Below are positions 29,053 to 42,011 of a stretch of DNA of 64,000 nucleotides, piece by piece. Source of the stretch: Eledone cirrhosa (taxonomy: Eukaryota); the NCBI GenBank assembly GCA_964016885.1, contig OZ024742.1, positions 187,798,001 through 187,862,000 of the forward strand, given 5' to 3'. The notes beneath the pieces were generated by a model that had not been told where the DNA came from, did no database searches, and was given only the letters and a program-made list of their open reading frames with translations. Within the stretch, counting starts at the first letter, position 1. Each line of letters opens with the position of its first letter. The translations under genes and the position numbers were made by a program.

Positions 29053-29672
29053 TCCACAATGAATGAGCAAGTCATACTTGAGGACGCGAATTTAAGCGGA
29101 CGAACTTTCAACCCATCGCAGTCATACACGGGTTGAAAGTCCGTCCGGTGAAAAGCGCATATTCGAGTAACGTTTGATAATTTGTTGTGGAACTAACTCG
29201 ATACCGAACTCGTCCTTTCGACTCTGTTCTCTACCAACTACGGGTATAAGCTCTTGGGTTTTACCCCCACACACACACATATATATATATATATATAAGT
29301 GTGCGTGTGTGTGTGTGTGTCTGTGTGTGTGTATTTGTAAAAGGTGCACAGAAATACTAAAAATAATTTAAAAACATACGGTACATTTGTTCATTGAAGA
29401 AATATATTAATTCAATGCTTAAAGTAACAGGAAGAGAGTCATAACGCTTCGGAAACTAGTCCATCTTCAGAAGATAAACTTAGAAATAGAAGATAAATAG
29501 AATATAAAGAGTGATGAGATGGTGGAACGGAGAAAAATGAAGAAAAGAACCACACGTGGGTATTCATTCGGCAAACATTCCTATAAGTTTCACGTTTTAA
29601 ACAATAGGAAAAAGAACATTTCATTCATCACATTAGATATAAGCACTTCATCAAGAATATATATGTAATTAT

Positions 29673-29925
29673 ATATTAAAATATAAGTATTAATAAAATA
29701 GATGTTCTTTTGATCAATTACATTTTATTATACATATTTCGGATGTACAACAGTACGTATTTAATCACTACCTTGATTAAATGTTAACCATTTAACATCT
29801 CAAGGTATGTCATGTATCTTTATATTTTGTCTGATGAGGACGTACTGTTGTACATCCGAAATATGTATAATAAAATGTAATTGAACAAAAGAACATCTAT
29901 TTTATTCATACTTATATTTTAATAT
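29673..29925. repeat. 86-bp inverted repeat (29673-29758 / 29840-29925), pLTR fold-back
   Basis: Arms nearly identical; the inverted arm begins inside hammerhead stem II. Confidence 0.9.
29821..29879 (+). ncRNA. Canonical minimal type I hammerhead ribozyme
   Basis: TATATTTTGT CTGATGA GGA-(14 nt)-TCC GAAA TATGTAT A ATAAAATGTA: 10-bp stem I with two G.U pairs, G10.1-C11.1, AUA triplet. Confidence 0.85.
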
Positions 29926-30035
29926 TAATAACTCCAGACAATCGTTGAGTGCTTCCGATCTACTGTAAAACTCATTCTTTGACATAATCATTGAATATTG
30001 TTTAACAATTTAATATAAAATTATATATATATAAT

Positions 30036-30213
30036 TGTTTCTACTTTTGGCACAAGGTCAGCAATTACTCAGTGTATTACTGGTACTTTATTTTATCGAC
30101 TCCATAAGGATGAAAGGCAAAGTTAACCTCGGCGGGATTTGAACTCAGATCGTAAAGGGACGTGGCTATGCTGGAAAGCATGTCAGACCCTCTACCGATA
30201 CTGCAATTTCACC
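30036..30213 (-). mobile_element. Same SINE family
   Basis: Homologous to 10184-10364. Confidence 0.87.
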
Positions 30214-30838
30214 TATAATGGAGACAGTAGGTTGAAAGACAAAGCAGAAAAAAATGGGTTATGCGACAGTATTTGTTGTTAATTTTCCTTTGTGTGTATG
30301 TTGGAGTTCGTGGTCGTTATTACTTTAATTCGTTTGATGGGCTGTAAGATTTCTGGACATTCTCCTAGTAAATAATTCTCTTCTTCAAATACTTTAATTG
30401 GCAATTAGTTGAGAGTTTTGTAAATTATGTATCATTTTTATAACTTCTTTTCTTTCTGAAGTAAAACAAATTAATTTTCTAAACATAACCTATACATTCG
30501 AAAAGGTATCTTTACAAAATTTCATTTAACATTTGTATTATTAGGAAAAAAAAGAATTCTGTGGATGGGTGTTAATTAAATGTTAGAAACAGCCGCCAAA
30601 CATTACTTGGAACACGTGCATCACAATCGTGAAATAGACAAAAACAAATTCATTAAAAAGAGTCTTATCTTCAAGGCAATAATATTATTTAAAGAATGTT
30701 TCTCGTTCCTTTCCGTTTGGATTTCTGCCTTTTCTTAACAAATTCCATTAGTATGACTGGAGAGCAGGCGAAACCATTCAAACTGGAATGCTCCCGACCA
30801 AACTAGAACGACTGGTAAGTAATATATATATACATAAT

Positions 30839-31022
30839 TATTTCTACTTTTGGTACAAGGCCAGCAATTACCCAGTGCATTACTGGTACTTTATTTTATC
30901 GACCCCGTAAGGATGAAAGGTAAAGTCAACCTCGGCGGGATTTGAACTCAGATCGTAAAGGGACGTAACTATGCTGGAAAGCATGGCGTCCGACCCTCTA
31001 CCGATACTGCCAATCCACCGCC
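30839..31022 (-). mobile_element. Same SINE family, full length
   Basis: Homologous to 10184-10364; flanked by TATATATACATAAT repeats. Confidence 0.9.
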
Positions 31023-31268
31023 CTATATATATATATACATAATGTCAGCAATTTAAAACTAAATCGATTAAAACGTTCAGCACAGTTCAGGTGCATCAGG
31101 TCTTTCGAGTGATTAGTTGGAGAAAATACACCAGTAAAATCATTATATTTATTCGAAAGAGGGGTCTATGAATATTTCGAAACCTTAATAGACGTACAGA
31201 ATTGGAGACGATATTAGGACAAATCGAGTATGAATAACTAATAACTAATATCTTAAAGATCAAACTAG

Positions 31269-31342
<74 letters not shown>

Positions 31343-31903
31343 GTTTGTATATGTATAATAAAGACAAAACAATGCAGTTATGGACATAGAATAAAGAATG
31401 CAAATGCAAAAGATATTGTTGACAATTAGTCTTTTACCTTAGATTTATTTAAATGTCCTTAATTTTCGAGACAATATATCTTCTTCAGAGCGAAGTAAAG
31501 TTGTCAACCAGTGTTCTAAATAGCTTGCCAAGTCATGCTGACAGGAAATGGTATAGAGTATCTGTTCTATCTCTAATGTCAAAGAGTTAAGATTAGGTGG
31601 ATAAAGAGTAGTCTCCCTTTAAAAGTTTTTTTTTTTTTAAATATACATGTCTGTTTAAGTGTGTGGGAGAATGCATGAAGGTGTAAGTATGTGAGTGTGT
31701 GTGTGTGTGTGAGTGTGAGAAGATATGTCTATTCGTAATATATATATATATATAAATTACTAGAAACAATGAAATAAACACAAAGCACAAGTTCCTTGTA
31801 TTAAAACATTCATCATTTTACGATCGTTTCTGGGATGTATATCATATAGTTGGTATGTATATCATATAGATCTATGTAAAAATATTACAAATTATCAGAG
31901 GAA

Positions 31904-31939
<36 letters not shown>

Positions 31940-31993
31940 ATGTGTGTGTGTGCGTGTGTATTATATATATATATTATATATATATATTATATA

Positions 31994-32035
<42 letters not shown>

Positions 32036-32037
<2 letters not shown>

Positions 32038-32215
32038 AAAAAAGAGTCAGGACCACGACGTTTGAGCTCCGGCCGTTTCGACAGTTCAGGTCTAGCTGTC
32101 GAGGCTAACCGCCGGGGTCCTGACTCTTTTCCTATTACCCACTCAACTACCCTAACTATCGAGTACTCTGCTGCGTTATGGTCGACCTGGCTCCTTACCA
32201 CACTTTCTTCGTTAA
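32036..32215. repeat. Hairpin cassette in (TA)n, paralog of 12023-12193
   Basis: AAAAGAGTCAGGACC..GGTCCTGACTCTTTT inverted arms. Confidence 0.75.
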
Positions 32216-32405
32216 ATATATATATATGAAGAAGAGAGGAGGCCGTGTAGTTGGAAGGTATACTTAAAAATAAGAAGAATGTATGAACGGGAGAAAGTTT
32301 TCCTTCATTAGTTGTCTGCAGTGGGTCTCGGATATTTCTACGCATTAAGGACAAGGTATTCTACCCCAGTGCGTTCAATAACTAGGTAAGTTATTCAGAA
32401 AACAA

Positions 32406-32446
<41 letters not shown>

Positions 32447-32884
32447 CATGTGTGAGTGAGTGTGTGTGTGTGTGTGTGGGGGGGGGGGGGGGGTAAAAAG
32501 TAAACAACACAATCGGTACAGTATATGGACGGATTATATTAGGTTAGCGCTTGAAATATCAGGAAAAGGATCGTAACGTTTCGTACTCTAGTCCTTCATC
32601 AGAAGGAAATGAGAAATTAGAAAGATTAAAGGGACGGGCTGGGTGAAATAAAAAAAAAATGTGTTTAGAGAAAAATAACAGGTCCATTCATGTTGCCTTC
32701 TCTTGAAAATATATATCCATCCATATATCATTGAAAAGTGTACTTAATACCGAAGTAGAATTTTAATATTCATTTTAATAAGGCTCAACAGCGAGTCTTG
32801 TTACTCTGGAGTTGTGACTGTTTATCATCAAAGCCGAAACTCCAGGGTAACAAGACACATTATTTAGCCATAATAGAATGTGGA

Positions 32885-32915
<31 letters not shown>

Positions 32916-33724
32916 ATGTAATGACTGTGTCTTAAAGAAAAGCTGATCCTTGTGTATACACACGCACAAAAACGTGTATTTGCCGATGTATATAATGCCT
33001 AATCAGGAATATTTTTAATGGCATTTAATCACATTCCGAGTAGATTCTAAATAGAAGGAAATCATATTTGAATAAAATCTATTTTGTCAAGAGGATTTAT
33101 GGGGTAGACCGCAGTTATATATGCAATCCGTTCAATAGTAATTCTCTTGAAGCGGATAACGTTTTCATTCAGTTCATTTAGTACCCAATAAATCTGTTTC
33201 TGTATCGTATTTATTACATACTTTCTCTACTGAATTACCTAATTGTGTTTGTCTATCTGTGCGCACACATTTATGTATATATATCGAAGGGTATAAATGA
33301 GAGAGCAATTGCTAGACTGGACTGTTACCAATTGCTTAGTGAGGCGGTGATCAAACGATAAAACACTGATACATAGAAATTAAGATACTGCATGTCCTAT
33401 TATTTCATTATTCTTATTATTATTATCCTTATTGTTATTATTTGTATTGTTATAATTGTGGTATATATCATATTTGACACATATAAGCATGTTATATTGT
33501 TATATCATTATTATTCTGTAAATTGCTATTGATAGAAAGCTATCTCGAGTTAGGCAATGTATGCTATATTACCCTTATGGATTTATTATAAAAGATATAT
33601 TAAGAATCTATAACTCTGGTTTTAGTATTCAGTATATAATAGCGGATATGGTTTATATTTAATAATGTGAAAGCACAATCCTTACCGGCTTTTATAGTAT
33701 AACATTGCTATTACTGACGAACTA

Positions 33725-34088
33725 ACACACACACATACACACTCACGAAATACACACATGCTCACGAAACACACATACACACACACGCCATATATCACAC
33801 ACACGTCACACACACCACACCTCACAAACACCCACGCCTCACACAAATGCCACACATCACGCACGCCACACATCACACACACGTCCCACATCACACACAC
33901 GTCACACACATCACACACACGCCACACACACACATCACACACACGCCACACACACACATCACACACACACTACACATCACACAAGCACCACACCTCATAC
34001 ACATGCATCACCTCACACACATGCATCACCTCACACACATGCATCACCTCACACACATGCCACACCTGACACATACAACACAACACAT
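33725..34088. repeat. CA-rich degenerate minisatellite (CACACACATGCATCACCT-type units)
   Basis: Read directly; explains the His/Thr-rich ORFs. Confidence 0.9.
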
Positions 34089-34989
34089 ATATGAATTGCA
34101 ATCCATCAACAGGGGTTTATAAAGCAGCAATGGCCCGACCAATACTCAAAGTATTAACAAAATGAATTTAATTCAGAATGGTAAGTATTCATTCGATTTT
34201 GATAGGTCTTTACACAGAATACGCAGACAGCATGTGGATTACGAACAGAGAAAAATAATAAATATTCGTGAAAAAATATCAGAGTAGGCTTGATATCCAC
34301 TGAGCCGTTAATTACGTTACCCCACCCCGATGAGGAGGGAGCTTCAACACAATCCGGCATGTGATAGCCTGTTTTTGGGGAAGGATCAGACATTGATTAA
34401 AAATCACATTGTAACTTTTGTGGGACTGAATTTGCCGATGATGATAGACTACTCCTCAGTCATTCTTTTGCTAAGAACATTCAGTTGTAACAAGCATTCA
34501 TCCACGACCCTCGATTCCCAACAAAACATTCAAGATCTTTTACAGAAATTGCTTGTCAGTCAGAATTGTCAAAACAGTGAAGTGATACAAGTACCTCCTA
34601 GGTTCACTGAGTTGTCGAGAATGGTTACCTAGACATAAAGTGCTATCCTTGACAATTAGAACTTATCCATAAGCATAGAGAACGGTCTACAGAGAATGCG
34701 CTTCATCATCATTGCTTTGAAGCTAATTGATTCTGTATTCCTGAGAATTTCAGTATGAGAGATTTTGTCCTTCCATATATATTGCAAGGACATGATAGTA
34801 GAAGCGAACCATTACAGCTTCCTTAAAACTTTCTGATTTGCTTCCCTAATATTATATGTACTAGCCGAAATTGAACACTAGTTTCAATAGTTCTAAGAAA
34901 CACCAGTCAAACGACGCATGATCAGTGATATATTTCCATGCTACACAGTAAAAATACTTCTACTTATTCCTGAGGGGAAGAGTGCTCGA

Positions 34990-35400
34990 ACGCTTTTTCC
35001 AGTGGGTCCTGTGAGAAGCAACTGTCTCCAAATGATCCGGCTGGGTCCCCAAGCGAGACCATCCTAGCTCATGGATGTTATGCTACCATCTTGCGCGGGG
35101 TCTAGACATCGGTCTTCTGCCGGCTGGTTTTGCGCGTACATTAGGCCCAGCGATTCTTTCCTGAAACATTTTAATCACATGCCCATAATATTGGAGATCT
35201 GATCTCTCAATCTGGCAAAGTAACGTCTCTTCTTGAAGGGAATCTTTGATCTCCGAGCTACGTATGTATTGAGTAACATTACACCAAAGACCCTGCAGGG
35301 GAACCAAACCTCAGCCGCTTGTATTCGCGATCATATTCTTTCAGTCATGAGAGCAAAAATACAATGCACAAATTGTAACGATGGAGCTAAATTAGTTGCT
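34990..35400 (-). mobile_element. RTE-clade LINE 3' remnant
   Basis: MTERI*SRIQAAEV..IRSSEIK..IERSDLQYYGHVIKM..KPAGRRPMSRPRARW matches the RTE C-terminal WFGHV.RM..GKRPRGRP..RW pattern. Confidence 0.85.
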
Positions 35401-37560
35401 TTATACAGTCAATTAACGTGAAGAAAGCATAAATCTCACTACATTCTCTTTCAAGATAAATAATTCATAGACAGCGAACAAAGAAAACACGAAATTCCGT
35501 TAAAAATGGGTTAAATCCTATTAATATATTTGCACTTCCATGCCATGGCATTTCACTTAGAAATTCCTAATGTTTTCTTATTCATCTTACCATCTATAAC
35601 ATAACTACTTTAACCAAATATCATTTGCCATTTTCAACGATATGTATACACGGTTAAAAGCTTGCTTCGATAAAGTAAAGATAATTATATGTTTTCTTAA
35701 GTTTGTAGTTAGTGACCTTTACTTTGTGGTTTGCACGCTATATAAAGAGTGCCCTAGGAGAATTAGCGATCCACCAACAATTGCAAACATTTAGAAAATA
35801 TTAAAGAAAGAAATTAAAAGAAAGGTTTTATGATCATTTCTAACATTTACAGTATCTAAATATATGTCAGAATTAATCTTGTTTACTATTATGTAGATGT
35901 TTCGTTGTAAAGTGGGGAAATTAAAATATTTTGGCTCATAGATACACTTAACAAAAAGCTTACTCAGTAGGTCGATGCATGCAGACAAGTGGTTAGGTGT
36001 TTTCAGGATCATAATGTCATCGGTTCGATTCCCGGTGCGGATGGTGCATTTTGCCCCTAGAAAATGCCACTTTATTTCACATTTCCCCAGTTAACTCATC
36101 TGAGAAATGTTAACCCAGTGAAGGACTGCCGTGCGCTCCTGATAGGAGAGAGAGAATGTTGTATTCTCACTCACTTAACGCCAATTAAATCGGGTTAAGC
36201 CTCGGCCTAATGAGCCTTTAGTCTTTGGACAAACTGCATGTAAATAAAAGAAGAAAATGAAAACAAAACCAAGAATTTCGTTGGTGAACATTAACATTAA
36301 TTGGACAACCTTAAAATAGTTAATATGTGACTCCTTCATTCATTCATTGATTCCTCAAATCTGGACGGTGTCATGATATAGAATGTGTAGTTGGCGCCTA
36401 AACTTATAGGATGCCATTTTTCTCCAGGTCTGATCACAGCTGATTTCTTTCAATGAGATTGAGAGATAAGAATCTACCTTAGTACAAAGGTGATAATTTA
36501 TATATCAACCCATTCTGACAGGACCTACTAGAAGGAGAGTTTGAAGATTCTGTACCCCGCAACCCTCTCTGGAATAAGTGGACGAAAGAGAAGAACCCTT
36601 GAATAAGGCACTTCATTTCACATTGTTCCAGCGGGGTGGGAAGATTTTACTCCACCTATCTATCATCCTACCTACCCATTTTTGTTCTATCTATCTCCCT
36701 ATCTAAACTACTTATCCACCAACTCCTCCCAATGCTGTGTGCCCATGTGAAGCAGAAGCTCCGTTTTCTTACGTTAGATGAGAGTATTTGAATTAATACT
36801 GGAAAAATTCAAACTAGACTATTTGTAATGAAAAATTAATATTCGGTTTTATTCATGGTATTAGTATTGGTTACCTTTTGAAACTTTGTCTGTTTTGTGT
36901 AATCGTTTCCTTATAAATCTTAAGATTTTGATCAGAAATACCGTTTCTGTCCCACTGATTTATTAATTTCCTGTAAATGTCATAATATTGCACGATAATT
37001 GAGTGATAGCAACTTAAGCGTGAATTTGAAACAAAACATCCCGTGTTTAATAATATTCACCAGGCACTTCTCTGCTAAAGTCATTAAAAAGGGCCTTTAT
37101 ATATTGTACGACGATTTGGCAGAGCCGTCAGGGCCCCGGAGTAACATCCTCAGAATGTGTTCCGGTAACGCATGGTATTCAAATACCGCATAGAACAATT
37201 ATACCATTCACTCTAGCGTGGTCAATAAACAAAGTACCATGCTAAGGGCGGTAGATTCTCGAAATTGTTAAAGAGCGGGACGGTTTCAGATTGGGTTTTG
37301 TGTGATTTGAGTTCAACACGTTTTTGTAAAGAGTCGAAGCTTCTGCCAAGTATTCAGACCGGTAGATAATACCAGTAATTTAAAGACTAACACAGACATA
37401 GTTTCGTTGGTCAGATGGAACGTTCGGTGACCTCTAGCCTCTAATTTACCAAATATCAAATATTTTTCGTGGGTTATCATTTCTTCTTTTTCTAATATTT
37501 TATAGTGGGGTATTTTTAAATGTAGGCTCTTCTACAGTTCAAAATAATATTGTATTATTA

Positions 37561-37730
37561 TCGGTAGGGGTTCGAACGCCATGCTTTGCAGCATAGAGTT
37601 GCAGCCCTTTACGGCCTGCGGTAAAATTCCGCCGAGGTTTATTTTGCCTTTTCATCCTTACAGGGTCGATAAAATAAAGTAGCAGTACTACACTGGGGTA
37701 AATGCTGGCCTTGTGCCAAAAGTAGATACA
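37561..37730 (+). mobile_element. Same SINE family, diverged
   Basis: Homologous body; ATTATTA flanks. Confidence 0.8.
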
Positions 37731-38082
37731 ATTATTACAGAACTGCTTCGAATATTTACAAACGGTATTATCATGCCAGTTTCGCTCAGATTATTATTAC
37801 CATATTTATGTGGCTCCTTAAAAAATAATTTATTTACACACTCAATAAAACATGCGATGTTATGAAAATTAATCAGAAACTTTCCGAATGAAATATTCAC
37901 CGTATCATACATTACAAATCATATCAAGTGGAACACAGATATAGTAGAGTGGCTAATGAGTTTGCTTCATAATCAGGTCATTATTGGCTCACATCCCCTG
38001 CATGGTATCGTGGCAAGTGCTTTGTAGTTTCGTCTCGAGCCAGCCAATATCTTGTGAATGAAAGAAGCCAACCATGTGTGCA

Positions 38083-39183
<1,101 letters not shown>

Positions 39184-40994
39184 ACGTATAGCATCAAATG
39201 ACACTACACTATAGCGAGATACCCGAACCGCGTGATTGAATTAATCACCTGAAAACACAATGCTCACTCTATGCTATTTCCATATTGTTTTGTACATCTA
39301 GCAGGAATCAAACATTATGATTCTTATTATAATCATTATTATTAAAATCAGTAGAAAACAGAATCCATGGTAACATCGTATAAAAGTTTTGGTCAGAATG
39401 AAAAGCATTGCTTCTAATTAATAGTCTTTTCATTTCGATCCATCTTTATTTTCTGTTCTGTTTTATTCTAGCAGCAACTTAATCTATTTTTCACAGACAT
39501 TAGAGAACTGTGTCTCCACACACAAACATTGACATGTTTATTTTGATTTATTATAATGCTAATGCAATTAAAATAATACGAAAAAAATATCAAATATTAA
39601 AATCAGAACAATTATCAACTGTATCAAAAACAAAAAGATAACAACAATGCAGCAACAACAAAAACAACAACAGTAACAATAACAATGATAAAAAGACACA
39701 ACAACAACCAGAACAGAGGGAACAAAATTTTAATGAAAGATGTAAAAGAAAGTTTCTGAAATGTTGAAAGCAAGAGAACATTATAAAGTTTAAAAAACGA
39801 AAAAATATGATGTCGAAATTAAAAGTGAATAGAAATTCTTAATTCTAACAAGTAACTGCAAACAGAAATGTAATAGATGTGAGATGATTTTCAAATTAAA
39901 GCTGAATATATTTTATGTTATATAACCACAGCTGTCATTCGCAATTGGGTATGACTTGGTAGCATGTTCTAACTTTTCGCCAAGGATTTTAGGTGTTCAT
40001 GATGTCGGGAAATAACAATCTATCACACAAATTATCCTGGAACTCGTTACTTATCTCTTTCTCAATTCAGATATTATGTATATCGTTACCTTCTAAGATC
40101 AACTATAGATCTATTAGGTCAGTGTTCTGTTTTCCAAGTACATGCTGGGTGCCTTTTTATGAGAAACTTCGATTGTCCTCTTCACATTTTAAGTTCATTA
40201 AATTCCGCTGTTTTCTTGGAGGTGTTTTATCGTTCCCAAATCTCTGGAGACAAAATAATGTGGTGCTTTTTCTAACTGTACACTTTGACTGTTCCATTGA
40301 TTCTAGTTTGATGCGACTTATTCCTGCCTCAATACCTCCCTCATTTGCAACTGATTTTTGGGAAGAATGATAATAGGATACAACTATAAACTTGATTTAT
40401 GAGGTCTGTTGTATCTATTACTACTGTCTGCTGCTTATCTTGCGTTCTATTTCTTTTTTGAAATTACTTGCTCAAAACCACTCATCATTCAACTTCTCAT
40501 GGTGTTGTAGAGATATTGTCGTGACATATGTTGTTTCCTGGGTACACATTTCTTTCCCAGGGAGAGAGAGAGATGTATAGATAGCAAGTATCAGTTCCAG
40601 CACTAGATTGGTATTTCATTTGTCACCGTCCGAAAGGAAGAGAGAAAAATTTGGCTTCAGTAGGATTTAAACTCTCAGCGTAGAGTTAGAATATTTTACA
40701 CAACATATTCCACTTAACGCCATTTAGAGAGTCAATTGACTGTCTTATAGAACAAAAACAACAACAACAACAAAGATACATCCAAATCAAAATTCTGAAG
40801 GTATAAATTCCCAGAAATGGGAATGAATTGTTATACCCTCTTGGCACCCCAGATGACACTAACTTGTCCACATTTCTAAAGGAAGCGTATGGAGAATATA
40901 TTTGAGCAACCTAGAATATTAATGCGAAATATGTTAATATGTAAATTTAGGCACGAATCGAAACGTCAGCTTTATTATGGAGATTCAGAGTTAT

Positions 40995-41517
40995 ATATAT
41001 ATATATATAAAAGCAAGTCGGTCTGTGTGTGTGTGTCTGTCTGTCTGTCTGTGTACAAATACTAGGCTCCTTTTAACTTTTGAAGTACTAGGCCGATTTG
41101 GCACGTGCTATTGAAGCGACCTCTCATTGGCTAATCAATTAGCTGACATAAGCTGACATGCACTCAGAAATTGCTAGATAAGCCATAAACGACCTTGAAC
41201 AATTCGCCCGATTGAAGGTCGCGATTTCTAATTGGACTACGCAACTAACATTAGTCAACATGACTGAACATATACCGTGCATATTCCTGTGAGAAATACG
41301 TTTGATAGCACGACGTTACTCACGTCAATTAACTCATGCTACCCCATGAATTGTTTTTATGTTGCCGTTTATTTCACTCAATAATGTCACTGTACACCCA
41401 TTTTGTTAAACCTTTTTTTACAATTCCATTTCAATTCTTTGCTCAACCTTTGGCTCTCTTTATACGGACAAACAGGCTGTCATTCATTTCCCGAGCAGCG
41501 CCGGGTCCATCTGCTAG
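40995..41517 (+). mobile_element. Non-autonomous Helitron, family B
   Basis: TATATATAAAAGCAAG followed by (TGTC)n near the 5' end; 3' CCCGAGCAGCGCCGGG hairpin 8 nt before CTAG|T. Confidence 0.82.
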
Positions 41518-41525
41518 TATATATA

Positions 41526-41924
41526 TATAGAAATTTCGTATTTCTAAAGAAATACGATCTTAGGAAGCTGTAGCAAATACCAAGGGGCTAACGCCCTCTG
41601 GCGGTGTCCAGCAGAAGCAGGGGGACAACCGTCTATGCATTTCAGGCTTGACTGGCCATCGTCAGGACGATCCCTCCCATGGCCTCCGACTGCTGGACAT
41701 GAAAACAGCCGAGAATATATAGTTTTCTCGTCTGTGTAAATGAGGTGATTAATCTCATTTGCATATGAAGCTGCATAAGTTGGCTCAACTTATAATAGAA
41801 AACAAATAAGGTTTCGCTTCAAGCATAGGTTTAAATAGCTATGGCTTCCTAAGACCTTATTTCTTTAGAAATACGAAATTTCTATACATATTGTATAAAG
41901 CTATGCTTGAAGCGAAATCTTATT

Positions 41925-41930
<6 letters not shown>
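41526..41930. repeat. Nested inverted-repeat cassette in (TA)n
   Basis: 41526-41575 is inverted to 41837-41886; 41805-41828 is inverted to 41901-41925. Confidence 0.8.
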
Positions 41931-42011
<81 letters not shown>

